From: Candidatus Versatilivorator sp.
Lineage (GTDB): Bacteria; Acidobacteriota; Terriglobia; Versatilivoradales; Versatilivoraceae
Assembly: GCA_965207735.1 (NCBI GenBank)
Contig: OZ242296.1
Coordinates: forward strand, 1,120,001 to 1,184,000
Reading direction: 5' to 3'
DNA: 64,000 bases
Shown here: in pieces, positions 29,083 through 38,273 of the stretch
Layout of the letters: each line of letters starts with the position of its first letter
Position numbering within the stretch: the stretch's first letter is position 1
Position numbers and translations under genes: made by a program
Notes under the pieces: generated by a model
Databases searched by the model: none
What the model was told of the DNA's origin: nothing
The model's input: the letters and a program-made list of their open reading frames with translations, nothing else

Positions 29083-30402
29083 GTGAATGCCCGAACCAGC
29101 AAGCCTCAGGCCGGCGTCCAATTGCTGCGGTTTACTACCTGTGGCAGCGTCGACGATGGGAAAAGCACTCTGATCGGCCGGCTGCTCCACGATTCCAAGT
29201 TGATCCTGGAAGATCAACTGGCCGCGCTGAAGCAGGCCAGCCTGATGCGGGGCGAATCGGAGGTCAACCTGGCCAACCTCACCGACGGCCTGCGGGCCGA
29301 GCGGGAGCAAGGCATCACCATCGACGTCGCCTACCGCTACTTCGCCACACCCCGCCGACGGTTCATCGTTGCAGACACGCCCGGTCACGTTCAGTACACC
29401 CGCAACATGGTGACCGGCGCCTCCACCAGCAGTCTGGCGCTGATTCTGGTGGACGCTCGCACGGGAATCATCGAACAGACCCGCAGACATGCCACCATCG
29501 CATCCCTGCTGGGTATTCCCCACCTGGTGCTCTGTGTCAACAAGATGGACCTGGTCGACTATTCAGAGGAGGTTTTCGAAGCCATTCGGCAGGACTTCAC
29601 CCGCTTCTCGACCCGCCTCAAGATCAAGGATGTCACCGTCATCCCCATGAGCGCCCTGGTAGGGGACAACGTGGTCGACCGCTCCTCCAACATGCCCTGG
29701 CATATGGGCGAGACGCTTCTTTCCTTTCTGGAGAGCGTTCACATCGCCAGCGACTGGAACATGCAGGATCCCCGCTTCCCAGTCCAATGGGTCATCCGCC
29801 CCCAATTTGGACGCTCCACCGATTACCGGGCCTTCGCCGGGCAGGTCGCCAGCGGGGTCTTCAGGATTGGGGACCGGGTAACCGTTCTTCCATCCGGAGG
29901 ACAATCCCGAATCCAGGACATTCAACTCATGAGCCGATCCCTGGAGGTCGCCCACGCCCCGATGTCGGCTTGCATCCTGCTGGAAGACACCATCGATGTC
30001 AGTCGAGGGGACCTAATCGTGGCCTCCGGCAATCTGCCCTATGTTGGCAAGGACCTGGAAGCCATGTGTTGCTGGATGGACGAGACACCCCTGCAGGTTG
30101 GCAAGAAATACCTGTTGAAGCACACCACTCACATCACCAAGGCCATGGTTCGCCACCTGCACTATCGCCTGGATATCAACCGTCTGGAGGAGGACTCGGC
30201 TCATGTGCTGAAACTCAACGAGATCGGACGAATCTCCCTCAAGACGGCCACTCCCCTGCTGTATGACCGCTATCACCGCAACCGCACCCTGGGTGGCTTC
30301 GTGCTGATCGACGAATCCACCCATGCGACCGTGGGTGCAGGCATGCTGGAGGAACCCGCCAAACCCACGCCCCTTCCGGAACGTGTCGACTATTCCATCT
30401 GA
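29083..30402 (+). CDS. cysN: Sulfate adenylyltransferase subunit 1 (GTPase)
   Basis: GSVDDGKSTLIGRL, EREQGITID, DTPGH, NKMD. Confidence 0.96.
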   Translation: MNARTSKPQAGVQLLRFTTCGSVDDGKSTLIGRLLHDSKLILEDQLAALKQASLMRGESEVNLANLTDGLRAEREQGITIDVAYRYFATPRRRFIVADTPGHVQYTRNMVTGASTSSLALILVDARTGIIEQTRRHATIASLLGIPHLVLCVNKMDLVDYSEEVFEAIRQDFTRFSTRLKIKDVTVIPMSALVGDNVVDRSSNMPWHMGETLLSFLESVHIASDWNMQDPRFPVQWVIRPQFGRSTDYRAFAGQVASGVFRIGDRVTVLPSGGQSRIQDIQLMSRSLEVAHAPMSACILLEDTIDVSRGDLIVASGNLPYVGKDLEAMCCWMDETPLQVGKKYLLKHTTHITKAMVRHLHYRLDINRLEEDSAHVLKLNEIGRISLKTATPLLYDRYHRNRTLGGFVLIDESTHATVGAGMLEEPAKPTPLPERVDYSI

Positions 30403-30493
30403 GCCGGCCCCACAATAATTAAGCAATCTCGAGGCTGGGAGGTTATATTAGGGGCTTCATTTCAGCCCGACGCGGCAAGAGAGGAAGCCATCC

Positions 30494-31246
30494 ATGAAAC
30501 TGGCCGGCAAGGCAGCACTCATTACCGGGGGCGGCACCGGGATCGGCAGAGCCATCGCTCTGCTGTTTGCCCGGGAGGGCGCAGCCGTTGCCATCAACTA
30601 TTCCAAGTCTGAGCGGGAGGCTTCCGAGACGGCTTCCGAGATCCGGAAATCCGGAGGGCGCAGCTTTCTGATTCGCACCGACGTCTCATCCGATTCCCAG
30701 GTCAGGCAGATGATGGAACGGGTCCATGGGGAATTCGGCGCCATCGATATTCTGATCAACAACGCCGGATTCACTCGCTTCATCAGCTTTGCGGACCTGG
30801 AGCAACTGACCGAGGACATCTGGGACAGCCTCTTCGCCGTAAATCTGAAGGGCACCTTCTTCTGCTGTCGTGCCGCGGCTCCCCTGATGCAAGCACAAGG
30901 CGGAGGACGCATCGTCAATATCGCCTCGGTGGCCGGAATCACCGGACAGGGCAGTTGCATTGCCTACTGTGCGTCCAAGGCCGGAGTCATCAGTCTGACC
31001 AAGTCTTTGGCTCGCGCCCTGGGTCCCGACGTCCTGGTGAATGCCGTGGCTCCGGCCCTCACCGAGACCCGCTGGCTGGACGGAGTGGCGCGAGCTCCGC
31101 AAATGCGAGAGAACTTTAAGAATGCCTCGGCTCTCAACCGTATGGGAACGGCCGAGGATGTCGCCGAGGTCACGCTTTCCATGGCAACCGATTGGAGCTT
31201 TGTCACCGGACAAACCGTGGTGGTGGACGGCGGCAGAATGCTCTGA
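30494..31246 (+). CDS. SDR-family oxidoreductase
   Basis: TGGGTGIG, NNAG, YCASK. Confidence 0.92.
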   Translation: MKLAGKAALITGGGTGIGRAIALLFAREGAAVAINYSKSEREASETASEIRKSGGRSFLIRTDVSSDSQVRQMMERVHGEFGAIDILINNAGFTRFISFADLEQLTEDIWDSLFAVNLKGTFFCCRAAAPLMQAQGGGRIVNIASVAGITGQGSCIAYCASKAGVISLTKSLARALGPDVLVNAVAPALTETRWLDGVARAPQMRENFKNASALNRMGTAEDVAEVTLSMATDWSFVTGQTVVVDGGRML

Positions 31247-31349
31247 CCTCACTTGCCGGGGCGGCCTCCCGCGACAGGACCCTGCGCGGGATCAGGCCCT
31301 CTGACCCTGTTTTTGGCGGGTGAGTTACCGCTTCCCTTCGCTGAACCTG

Positions 31350-32192
31350 ATGCGCGAACTGGCCAACGTCAACGGTGCCATCTGTGCCCTTGAGGATGCG
31401 GTCATCCCGGCGGAGGACCGCGGCTGCCTGTTCGGCGACGGGGTCTACGAGGTGGTGCGTGCCTATCAGGGCCGGCTCTGGGGGTTTCACCGACACTGGA
31501 AGCGATTACAGCGAAGCTTGAAGGAAATCGACCTCCAGCCCGCCAACCTGGAGGAGATTCGAGGTTGGATTGAGGAAACCTACCGTTCCAGCCAAATTCC
31601 CAACGCTACCGTCTACTTCCACCTGACCCGGGGAGCCAGTCCCAGGAGCCACGCCTGGAGCGACCCCTTGAAGCCCTCTTTCTTCATGAGCGTGCGCCCA
31701 TTTGTCGACAGGGCAATTGTGGCAGGGGTCAAGGTGCAGTCAGTCCCGGACCTGCGCTGGCGCCGGTGCGACATCAAGTCTCTCAACCTGCTGCCCAATG
31801 TGCTGGCCAAGCAGCAGGCTCGAAAGCTGGGAGCCTATGAAGCGCTGCTGGTGGACACTCAGGGAAATGTCACCGAGGGCAGTTCCTCGGCCGCCCTGGC
31901 GATACTCGACCGAACTATCGTCGCTCCCCCTCAGGCTCCGTCCATATTGCCAAGCATCACCCGGGAATATGTGGAGGAGATTGCAGCCGCGCTAAAGTTG
32001 GCCTTCCGGCAGCGATGGCTTTCTCTGGCGGAGTTCCGATCGGCCGGCGAAGCCTTTCTGGCCGGCACTTCAGACGAGATCACCGGCATTACCCACGTGG
32101 ATGGCCAAGCTGTGGGGACGGGTGAGGTCGGGCCATGGACCCGAGAAATCCTGAAGGCCTACCGGGAGCGCATTGAACGAGGGAATGACTGA
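31350..32192 (+). CDS. Class IV aminotransferase (D-amino acid aminotransferase-like)
   Basis: DRG.LFGDGVYE, RCDIKSLNLL, EGSSS, ILPSITR. Confidence 0.9.
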   Translation: MRELANVNGAICALEDAVIPAEDRGCLFGDGVYEVVRAYQGRLWGFHRHWKRLQRSLKEIDLQPANLEEIRGWIEETYRSSQIPNATVYFHLTRGASPRSHAWSDPLKPSFFMSVRPFVDRAIVAGVKVQSVPDLRWRRCDIKSLNLLPNVLAKQQARKLGAYEALLVDTQGNVTEGSSSAALAILDRTIVAPPQAPSILPSITREYVEEIAAALKLAFRQRWLSLAEFRSAGEAFLAGTSDEITGITHVDGQAVGTGEVGPWTREILKAYRERIERGND

Positions 32193-32241
32193 CAGCGGGT
32201 GTCGGAGCTGGTGCGAAACGCCTCCGCTCCAAACTTGAAAT

Positions 32242-33165
32242 TCAGTTGAGGGTGCTCGCGCGAGATGAACCGGGGGAAGGGGCGATCGGATCCCGGGAGG
32301 CCAGAAAGCTGGGGTAGTTTTCTGCGGAAACGACGATGGTCTTGGTCTTCCCCGCCTCACCCAACTGGCTGAATGCCCGATCGTTCACCCAGAGTTGAGT
32401 CCCCAGGGGATTGCCGAGCTTTACGCTCAGGGGCTGCCGCAGGGAAAAGCTCCTGGTCTCGTCAGACTGCAACATTCCGCTGAACAGCGTGTTTTCCCCG
32501 ACGCTGACCCGCACCCAGGCCCGCTCTCGAGCCGTGATGCGCAACCGCGGCTCGGCCGCCGCCACGGTCGTGGTTCCTGTTGGAGTTTCAGAGGACGGTC
32601 GGGGAGCCAGCTCTCCCAAGACACTCAAGCCAACCGAGCCACCCGCCGTTTTCACATCGACATGCTGCCCATTCTCGAGGGAAGCCCGCCCGGGCGTCAC
32701 GGTCTGGTCCTCTGAAACCTGCTCTGCTCCGGCGCGCTCGGGGACGGTCAAGGAAGCCTGGTCCGTCCTGGCGCGAACTTCGACGAAGTAAAAGATGATC
32801 AAGGCCCCGAGAAGAGCCACTGCGGAGGGTACCATGCTGGCGGACTTTGCACCTACGGCCCGGGCCTTTAATCGCGTGCCCAAGGATACCTTGGGTGTCT
32901 GCTGCGAACGGGAGCGCTGACCGGCAGACTTGAGCCGGTCCTCCACCAGCAGGCATTCCCGGACCGGTTTGTCCTCATCAATTCCCAAGTAGCGGGCGTA
33001 GCTTCGCACAAAGGACTGTCGAAATACGCCGGATGGCAGTCGGTCGAAGCGGTCGGCCTCCAGATAAGAGAGCAAACTGGTCCGGATCTTGGTTTCCCTG
33101 GCGATTTCCTCCAGGGTAATCCCTCTAAGTTCCCTCTCACGCTTAAGTTCGGCGCCCAATGACAC
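32242..33165 (-). CDS. RodZ-like HTH/TM/DUF4115 protein
   Basis: LG.ELKRERELRGITLEEIA.ETKI, FVRSYARYLG, one TM, C-terminal beta domain; start uncertain. Confidence 0.85.
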   Translation of the reverse strand: MSLGAELKRERELRGITLEEIARETKIRTSLLSYLEADRFDRLPSGVFRQSFVRSYARYLGIDEDKPVRECLLVEDRLKSAGQRSRSQQTPKVSLGTRLKARAVGAKSASMVPSAVALLGALIIFYFVEVRARTDQASLTVPERAGAEQVSEDQTVTPGRASLENGQHVDVKTAGGSVGLSVLGELAPRPSSETPTGTTTVAAAEPRLRITARERAWVRVSVGENTLFSGMLQSDETRSFSLRQPLSVKLGNPLGTQLWVNDRAFSQLGEAGKTKTIVVSAENYPSFLASRDPIAPSPGSSRASTLN

Positions 33166-33388
33166 GACGGGTCTCCCACAAGAAAAAAGGGCCAAAATAA
33201 TACGCCTCCGCCCGGTGTCTGTCAAGAATTTGAGGAATTTGAGGAAGCAATTGAATTTGCACGGGCTCTGGGTTTAGAATCGCTGAGTCTCTGAAAGATC
33301 AAGTCCTTGAAGCCTGCGACCCAAAGGCTCTCCAAAACTGGGACTCTTCGACGGCGTCGATACTTTGATCGGAATCCCGGCCACACCG

Positions 33389-34282
33389 ATGAACGCCTTA
33401 ACCCGACTTCTGCCGGCGGCGTCCCTGCTCTGCGGACTGTCCCTTACTGCCCCCGCGGCCCAAGTACCCAAGGTGAGGACGCTCAGAATAGACGTTCGTA
33501 TGGTCGAGGTCTATACCGCAGTCTTCGACCAGAGAGGCCGGTACGTTCCCGGGCTGGCGCCAGCCGACTTCGAAATCGAAGAGAACGGCCAGATCCAGTC
33601 CATCCAGGCCTTCGAGTCCCAAACCTCGGCCCTGACGATCGCGTTGCTGGTGGACACCACCGGAAGCATGCTGAAGCCGCTGCCTCACGTCAAGAACGCG
33701 GTGGCCGACCTGTTGACGGAAATCAAGCCCCAGGATCGCTTCGGTCTATTCGCCTTCAACAATCGGCTCCAGGTCCTGGTGCCGTTTACCAAGGACAGGC
33801 GCGCGGCCCTCCGAGCCCTGTTTCGAATGCGGGCCTCCGGAAGCACGGCTCTGTTCGATTCACTGGCCCAGTTGGCCCCTCATCTGGCCCGAGTGACCGG
33901 AAAGAAGGCCATCCTCCTCTTTACCGACGGTGAGGATACCAGCAGCGTCCTCTCCATGGAGGACTCGGTCAGAACCATCAAGCGGGTTGGAATTCCCATC
34001 TATACCGTTTTCCAGGGGCGGGCGCTCCAAAGCCAACTCCTGCTCGACCGGCTTACGGAGATTTCGGATGCGACCGGAGGCGTGGCTGTCAGGATCCGAC
34101 GGACCGAAGAAATCGGCCGGGTCTTCACCGAGATCGTCCAGGATCTTCAGCACCTCTATTTGCTCGGTTACTATCCTCCCGCCGAGATCGGCTCCAGCAA
34201 CGGAGGGTGGCGGAAGATCTCGGTGCGTGTCCCCCGGCACAAGGACTTCAGGGTGAGAGCCAAGGAAGGTTACCTGCCCTGA
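33389..34282 (+). CDS. VWA domain protein (acidobacterial type)
   Basis: DTTGSM MIDAS-like motif, TALFD, LFTDGED, TGG, Y.LGY.P, RAKEGY. Confidence 0.88.
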   Translation: MNALTRLLPAASLLCGLSLTAPAAQVPKVRTLRIDVRMVEVYTAVFDQRGRYVPGLAPADFEIEENGQIQSIQAFESQTSALTIALLVDTTGSMLKPLPHVKNAVADLLTEIKPQDRFGLFAFNNRLQVLVPFTKDRRAALRALFRMRASGSTALFDSLAQLAPHLARVTGKKAILLFTDGEDTSSVLSMEDSVRTIKRVGIPIYTVFQGRALQSQLLLDRLTEISDATGGVAVRIRRTEEIGRVFTEIVQDLQHLYLLGYYPPAEIGSSNGGWRKISVRVPRHKDFRVRAKEGYLP

Positions 34283-34423
34283 CCCCCCTTAAGGTCGAAT
34301 CGGGACCAAATTGCCGCTCGGGTTCCACCCGTTCCCCCGCAGCTACCGCGGTTGCCTTCGGTTGACCCGACACACCTTAAGTGATAGGTTCACCTTCACC
34401 AAGCTGACAGGAGAGTGCCGGCT

Positions 34424-34714
34424 ATGGCAGGCGAAGCTCTAGGAATGATTGAAACCAAGGGGTTTATCGGCGCCGTCGAGGCGGCGGACGCCATGGTGAA
34501 AGCAGCCAACGTCATTCTGGTCGGAAAAGAATATATTGGAGCCGGCTTCGTGACGGTGTGCGTGCGCGGGGATGTCGGGGCGGTCAAGGCCGCTACCGAT
34601 GCCGGGGCATCCGCGGCGCGGCGAGTCGGCGAACTGGTATCGGTGCACGTCATTCCCAGCCCCCACGCCGAAGCTGAAAAAAACATCCCCGGCACCGCCG
34701 GCAATTCCCGCTAA
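34424..34714 (+). CDS. Bacterial microcompartment hexameric shell protein (EutM/PduA-like)
   Basis: [37 protein letters not shown]. Confidence 0.95.
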   Translation: MAGEALGMIETKGFIGAVEAADAMVKAANVILVGKEYIGAGFVTVCVRGDVGAVKAATDAGASAARRVGELVSVHVIPSPHAEAEKNIPGTAGNSR

Positions 34715-34906
34715 GCCATCCAGGCGGCGCGGGACCCAACCGATGGCGGACCCGAAGGATCAACCCGCATCTCTCACCGGGTCGCCGGCGACATCATGAA
34801 AGACCGGTGGTTTTCAGTGCCTTACCGGCCCTGTTTCGAGGGCGTGCGGGTACGGACACCGACCCGTCGGAAGCTCTTCTGACCGACATCTCTGACCCCA
34901 CAGGCC

Positions 34907-36598
34907 ATGGATCGAGATCTTGAGTCCATACAGCAGGCCCGGTCACTGCTCGACAAGGCATTCCAAGCCCAGTCCCGCCTGGCTCAATTCTCCCAGGACC
35001 AGGTCGATTCCGTGGTACGACAAATGGCCGAGGCAGGACTGGGAGCCGCGGAGAAGCTTGCCCGCATGGCCGTGGAGGAAACCGGCTTCGGCAATGTTGC
35101 CGACAAGATCCTCAAGAACAAGTTCGGCTCCGAGTTTGTGCACGAGGCCATCAAGGACCTCAGAACGGTTGGCATCATAAGAGAGGTCAAAAGGAAGGGA
35201 ATCCTCGAGATCGCCTCGCCGGTGGGGGTCATTGCCGCGATTGTTCCGTCCACCAACCCGACTTCCACCACCATCAACAAGGCCTTGATTGCGCTCAAGG
35301 GCCGCAACACCATCGTTTTCAGCCCCCACCCCGCGGCTGCAGGCTGCATCCAGGAAGCCGGCAGAATCCTGTCGGAGGCCGCAACCGCGGCCGGTGCGCC
35401 CGAAGGAGCCATCGGGTGTCTGTCGCATTCCACCATCGAAGGCACCAGGGAGCTGATGAGCCACCGCAAGACCGCGCTGATCCTGGCGACAGGTGGACAC
35501 GGTCTTGTCAAGGCGGCCTACAGCGTAGGAAAGCCTGCCTTTGGGGTGGGTCCCGGAAACGTTCCCGCCTACGTCGAATCCTCGGCTGACATCCCTCAAG
35601 CCATTCAGAACATTTTTGCCGGCAAATGCTTTGACAACGGCACGCTCTGTTCTTCAGAGCAGGCCATTGTCACCGATGCCGCCATAAGGGATCGGGTAAT
35701 CGAAGAGATCAAGCACAACGGCGGCCACTTCCTGGACGAACAGGAGATTCAGGCGTTGGGCCAAGTGGTCGTCACGACCAAACGGACGGTGAACCCCAAG
35801 ATCGTCGGCAAGCCGGCAGCAACCATTGCCGCCCTGGCCGGGATCCGGATTCCGGAAGGCACCCGGGTCCTGGTAGCCCCGCTCTCGGGCGTCGGTCGGG
35901 ACTACCCCCTGTCCATGGAAAAGCTCTCTCCCATTCTGGCATTCTACGTGGAGAATAACTGGCAGGCGGCCTGTGATCGATGCATCGAGTTGATCAACTA
36001 CGGCGGGTTGGGACACACCCTGGCGATCCACTCCAAAAACGACGAGATCATTCGGCAATTCGGCCTGCAGAAACCCGTCTTTCGCATCGTCGTCAATACT
36101 CAGGCGGCCCTGGGAGCCGTCGGCTACACCACCCAACTCTTTCCGAGCATGACGCTGGGATGCGGATCCCTTGGCGGCAACATCACCTCCGACAACATTT
36201 CCCCGCTTCACCTGATCAATATCAAACGAGTGGCCTACGGCCGCACCCACCAGCAGGGGAACGAATCCTCCCGAGCCACTTCGACTCCGCGTGAGACAGA
36301 GCCCCCGATCAATCGTGGAGAGGTCTCGGCCCTGGTGGATCGCCTGCTGGCGGGCCGCCGGCTGGAATTCCACTCACCGCCCGAACCGGCACCACCGCCG
36401 CCCCGGCCCACGCCCCCCAGGCCCACACCCCCCGAGGCAACCCTGGATCCACCGGAAACGGCCAGCTTCGTTTGTGAGGAGGATATTCGACAGGCGTTGA
36501 AGGAAGACCGCAAGATTCACGTCAACGAAAAGTCCATCATCACCCCGGCCGCGCGCGATCTCGGAAACCAGAAGGGTGTTCTGGTCTACCTGGCATAA
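34907..36598 (+). CDS. CoA-acylating aldehyde dehydrogenase with C-terminal extension (BMC-type)
   Basis: PSTNPTST, ATGG, GVGPGN, FDNGTLCSSEQ, EKLSP, TLGCG; Pro-rich linker and C-terminal tail. Confidence 0.9.
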   Translation: MDRDLESIQQARSLLDKAFQAQSRLAQFSQDQVDSVVRQMAEAGLGAAEKLARMAVEETGFGNVADKILKNKFGSEFVHEAIKDLRTVGIIREVKRKGILEIASPVGVIAAIVPSTNPTSTTINKALIALKGRNTIVFSPHPAAAGCIQEAGRILSEAATAAGAPEGAIGCLSHSTIEGTRELMSHRKTALILATGGHGLVKAAYSVGKPAFGVGPGNVPAYVESSADIPQAIQNIFAGKCFDNGTLCSSEQAIVTDAAIRDRVIEEIKHNGGHFLDEQEIQALGQVVVTTKRTVNPKIVGKPAATIAALAGIRIPEGTRVLVAPLSGVGRDYPLSMEKLSPILAFYVENNWQAACDRCIELINYGGLGHTLAIHSKNDEIIRQFGLQKPVFRIVVNTQAALGAVGYTTQLFPSMTLGCGSLGGNITSDNISPLHLINIKRVAYGRTHQQGNESSRATSTPRETEPPINRGEVSALVDRLLAGRRLEFHSPPEPAPPPPRPTPPRPTPPEATLDPPETASFVCEEDIRQALKEDRKIHVNEKSIITPAARDLGNQKGVLVYLA

Positions 36599-36632
36599 AG
36601 GACAACTCATCTGCAGCAGTTTGCCTGCAACG

Positions 36633-38273
36633 TCAGACTGCCAACTTCCATCCCAGAAAGGTGGCCAACCTGTAGAGCTTTGACTGCCTGATCGCCGCCA
36701 GCTTCAAACGAGCCTGCCGCACCTCCGCATTCACCTGCCGCACCTCCGCATCCAACCGAAGCGCCCACTCCGTCCGATCCTCAAATTCGGACTGGAGCTT
36801 CAGTTGTGCTTGGTCCCTCGCCGTCAGTTGGCTGGACAATTCCTTTGCCCAACGAGTGCGATCCTCAAACTCGGATTGGAGATCCCCTAGAGCCTTGCCT
36901 TTTGCTTCCAGTCGGCGCGACAATTCCTCCGTCCATCGGCTGCGTTCCTCGAATTCAGTTTGAAGCTTGCCTAAAGCCCTTTCACTTACTTCCAATTGGC
37001 GGGACAAAGCCTCCACCCAACGGCTGCGCTCCTCAAATTCAGTTTGAAGCTTGCCTAGAGCCTTGTCTTTTGCTTCCAGTCGGCGCGACAATTCCTCCGC
37101 CCATCGGCTGCGTTCCTCGAATTCAGTTTGAAGCTTGCCTAAAGCCCTTTCACTTACTTCCAATTGGCGGGACAAAGCCTCCACCCAACGGCTGCGCTCC
37201 TCAAATTCAGTTTGAAGCTTGCCTAGAGCCTTGTCTTTTGCTTCCAGTCGGCGCGACAATTCCTCCGCCCATCGGCTGCGTTCCTCGAATTCAGTTTGAA
37301 GCTTGCCTAAAGCCCTTTCACTTACTTCCAATTGGCGGGACAAAGCCTCCACCCGACGGCTGCGCTCCTCAAATTCCGCGCGCAGCAGCGTCAGTCCGTC
37401 GTCCCTCGACTTGACTTGCCGGTTCAATTCCAGCGCCCAACCGGTACGCTCCTCGTACTCCCCCTGAAGCCGGGTCAGAGCGCTGTCCAGCTTGGCGACT
37501 TCCAATTCCAACCGCTCAATGTCTTGCTGGCGTTCCCTCAGAAGGTTGCCGCTACCGGGCAATAGACAATAGTTTCCCGCCGGGGGTTGATCGTTTCGAC
37601 CATGGGTGCAAACACCCACAAGAAAGTTGGACGTGGCTTGCAAATCAACCATTTCCTCCTGTAGGAAGGCGGTCACCTCCTGGAAGAGAGTTGGATTGGC
37701 AATAATCAGACCCGCAATATGATTCTGGAAATAGATCTCCACGCAACTGAAAACCGACTTCAAGAAGGTATTGAACTCCTGGAAGTCGAACTCGCGGGTA
37801 TGAAATGGATTCGTCTGGTTGCTCTCCTGGCTATAGAAGATTCGATTGGGTGTGGAAATGACCGTCAGCCCATTCGGTTTAAGCACACGGTTAACCTCGT
37901 GCAAATGGGCTAGTTGTCCATGCAGATGTTCGATCAGCTCAAAACTGACCACCACGTCGACGCTGTCGCTGGCCAGGGGTAAACCGCGGCTGTCGCCAAC
38001 CAACATCTCAATATTGTCCCCGGCGTATTCTTCATTGGCGTAGCGAACAGCTTCTTCAGAAAGGTCAATGGCAACCACCGAACTTGCCTTTTCCGCCAGG
38101 ATTTTCGAGCCATAGCCCACGCCGGAACCAATGTCCAAAACCACTTTGCCCTTTACCAGAAGTTGTGCGAACCTGTAGCGGCAAATGTGCTCGTTAAGCA
38201 GGTCGGCATTCACCTTTCCGGGTATGATTCTCTCGCCTGTAAACTCCATCTTTTCACCATTCGTCCAGATCAC
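36633..38273 (-). CDS. Class I SAM methyltransferase with a long 28-aa-repeat coiled coil
   Basis: FTGER, VLDIGSGVGYG, FELIEH, STPN; about nine 28-aa repeats. Confidence 0.88.
   Translation of the reverse strand: MIWTNGEKMEFTGERIIPGKVNADLLNEHICRYRFAQLLVKGKVVLDIGSGVGYGSKILAEKASSVVAIDLSEEAVRYANEEYAGDNIEMLVGDSRGLPLASDSVDVVVSFELIEHLHGQLAHLHEVNRVLKPNGLTVISTPNRIFYSQESNQTNPFHTREFDFQEFNTFLKSVFSCVEIYFQNHIAGLIIANPTLFQEVTAFLQEEMVDLQATSNFLVGVCTHGRNDQPPAGNYCLLPGSGNLLRERQQDIERLELEVAKLDSALTRLQGEYEERTGWALELNRQVKSRDDGLTLLRAEFEERSRRVEALSRQLEVSERALGKLQTEFEERSRWAEELSRRLEAKDKALGKLQTEFEERSRWVEALSRQLEVSERALGKLQTEFEERSRWAEELSRRLEAKDKALGKLQTEFEERSRWVEALSRQLEVSERALGKLQTEFEERSRWTEELSRRLEAKGKALGDLQSEFEDRTRWAKELSSQLTARDQAQLKLQSEFEDRTEWALRLDAEVRQVNAEVRQARLKLAAIRQSKLYRLATFLGWKLAV
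36870..37375. repeat. Near-perfect intragenic tandem repeat, 168-bp period (2 x 84 bp), 3 copies
   Basis: AAAGCCCTTTCACTTACTTCC recurs at 36973, 37141 and 37309. Confidence 0.92.

Noticed and set aside
36870-37375. Regular repeats that could be mistaken for a CRISPR array
   Set aside because: Contiguous in-frame coding repeats with no unique spacers and no cas genes.
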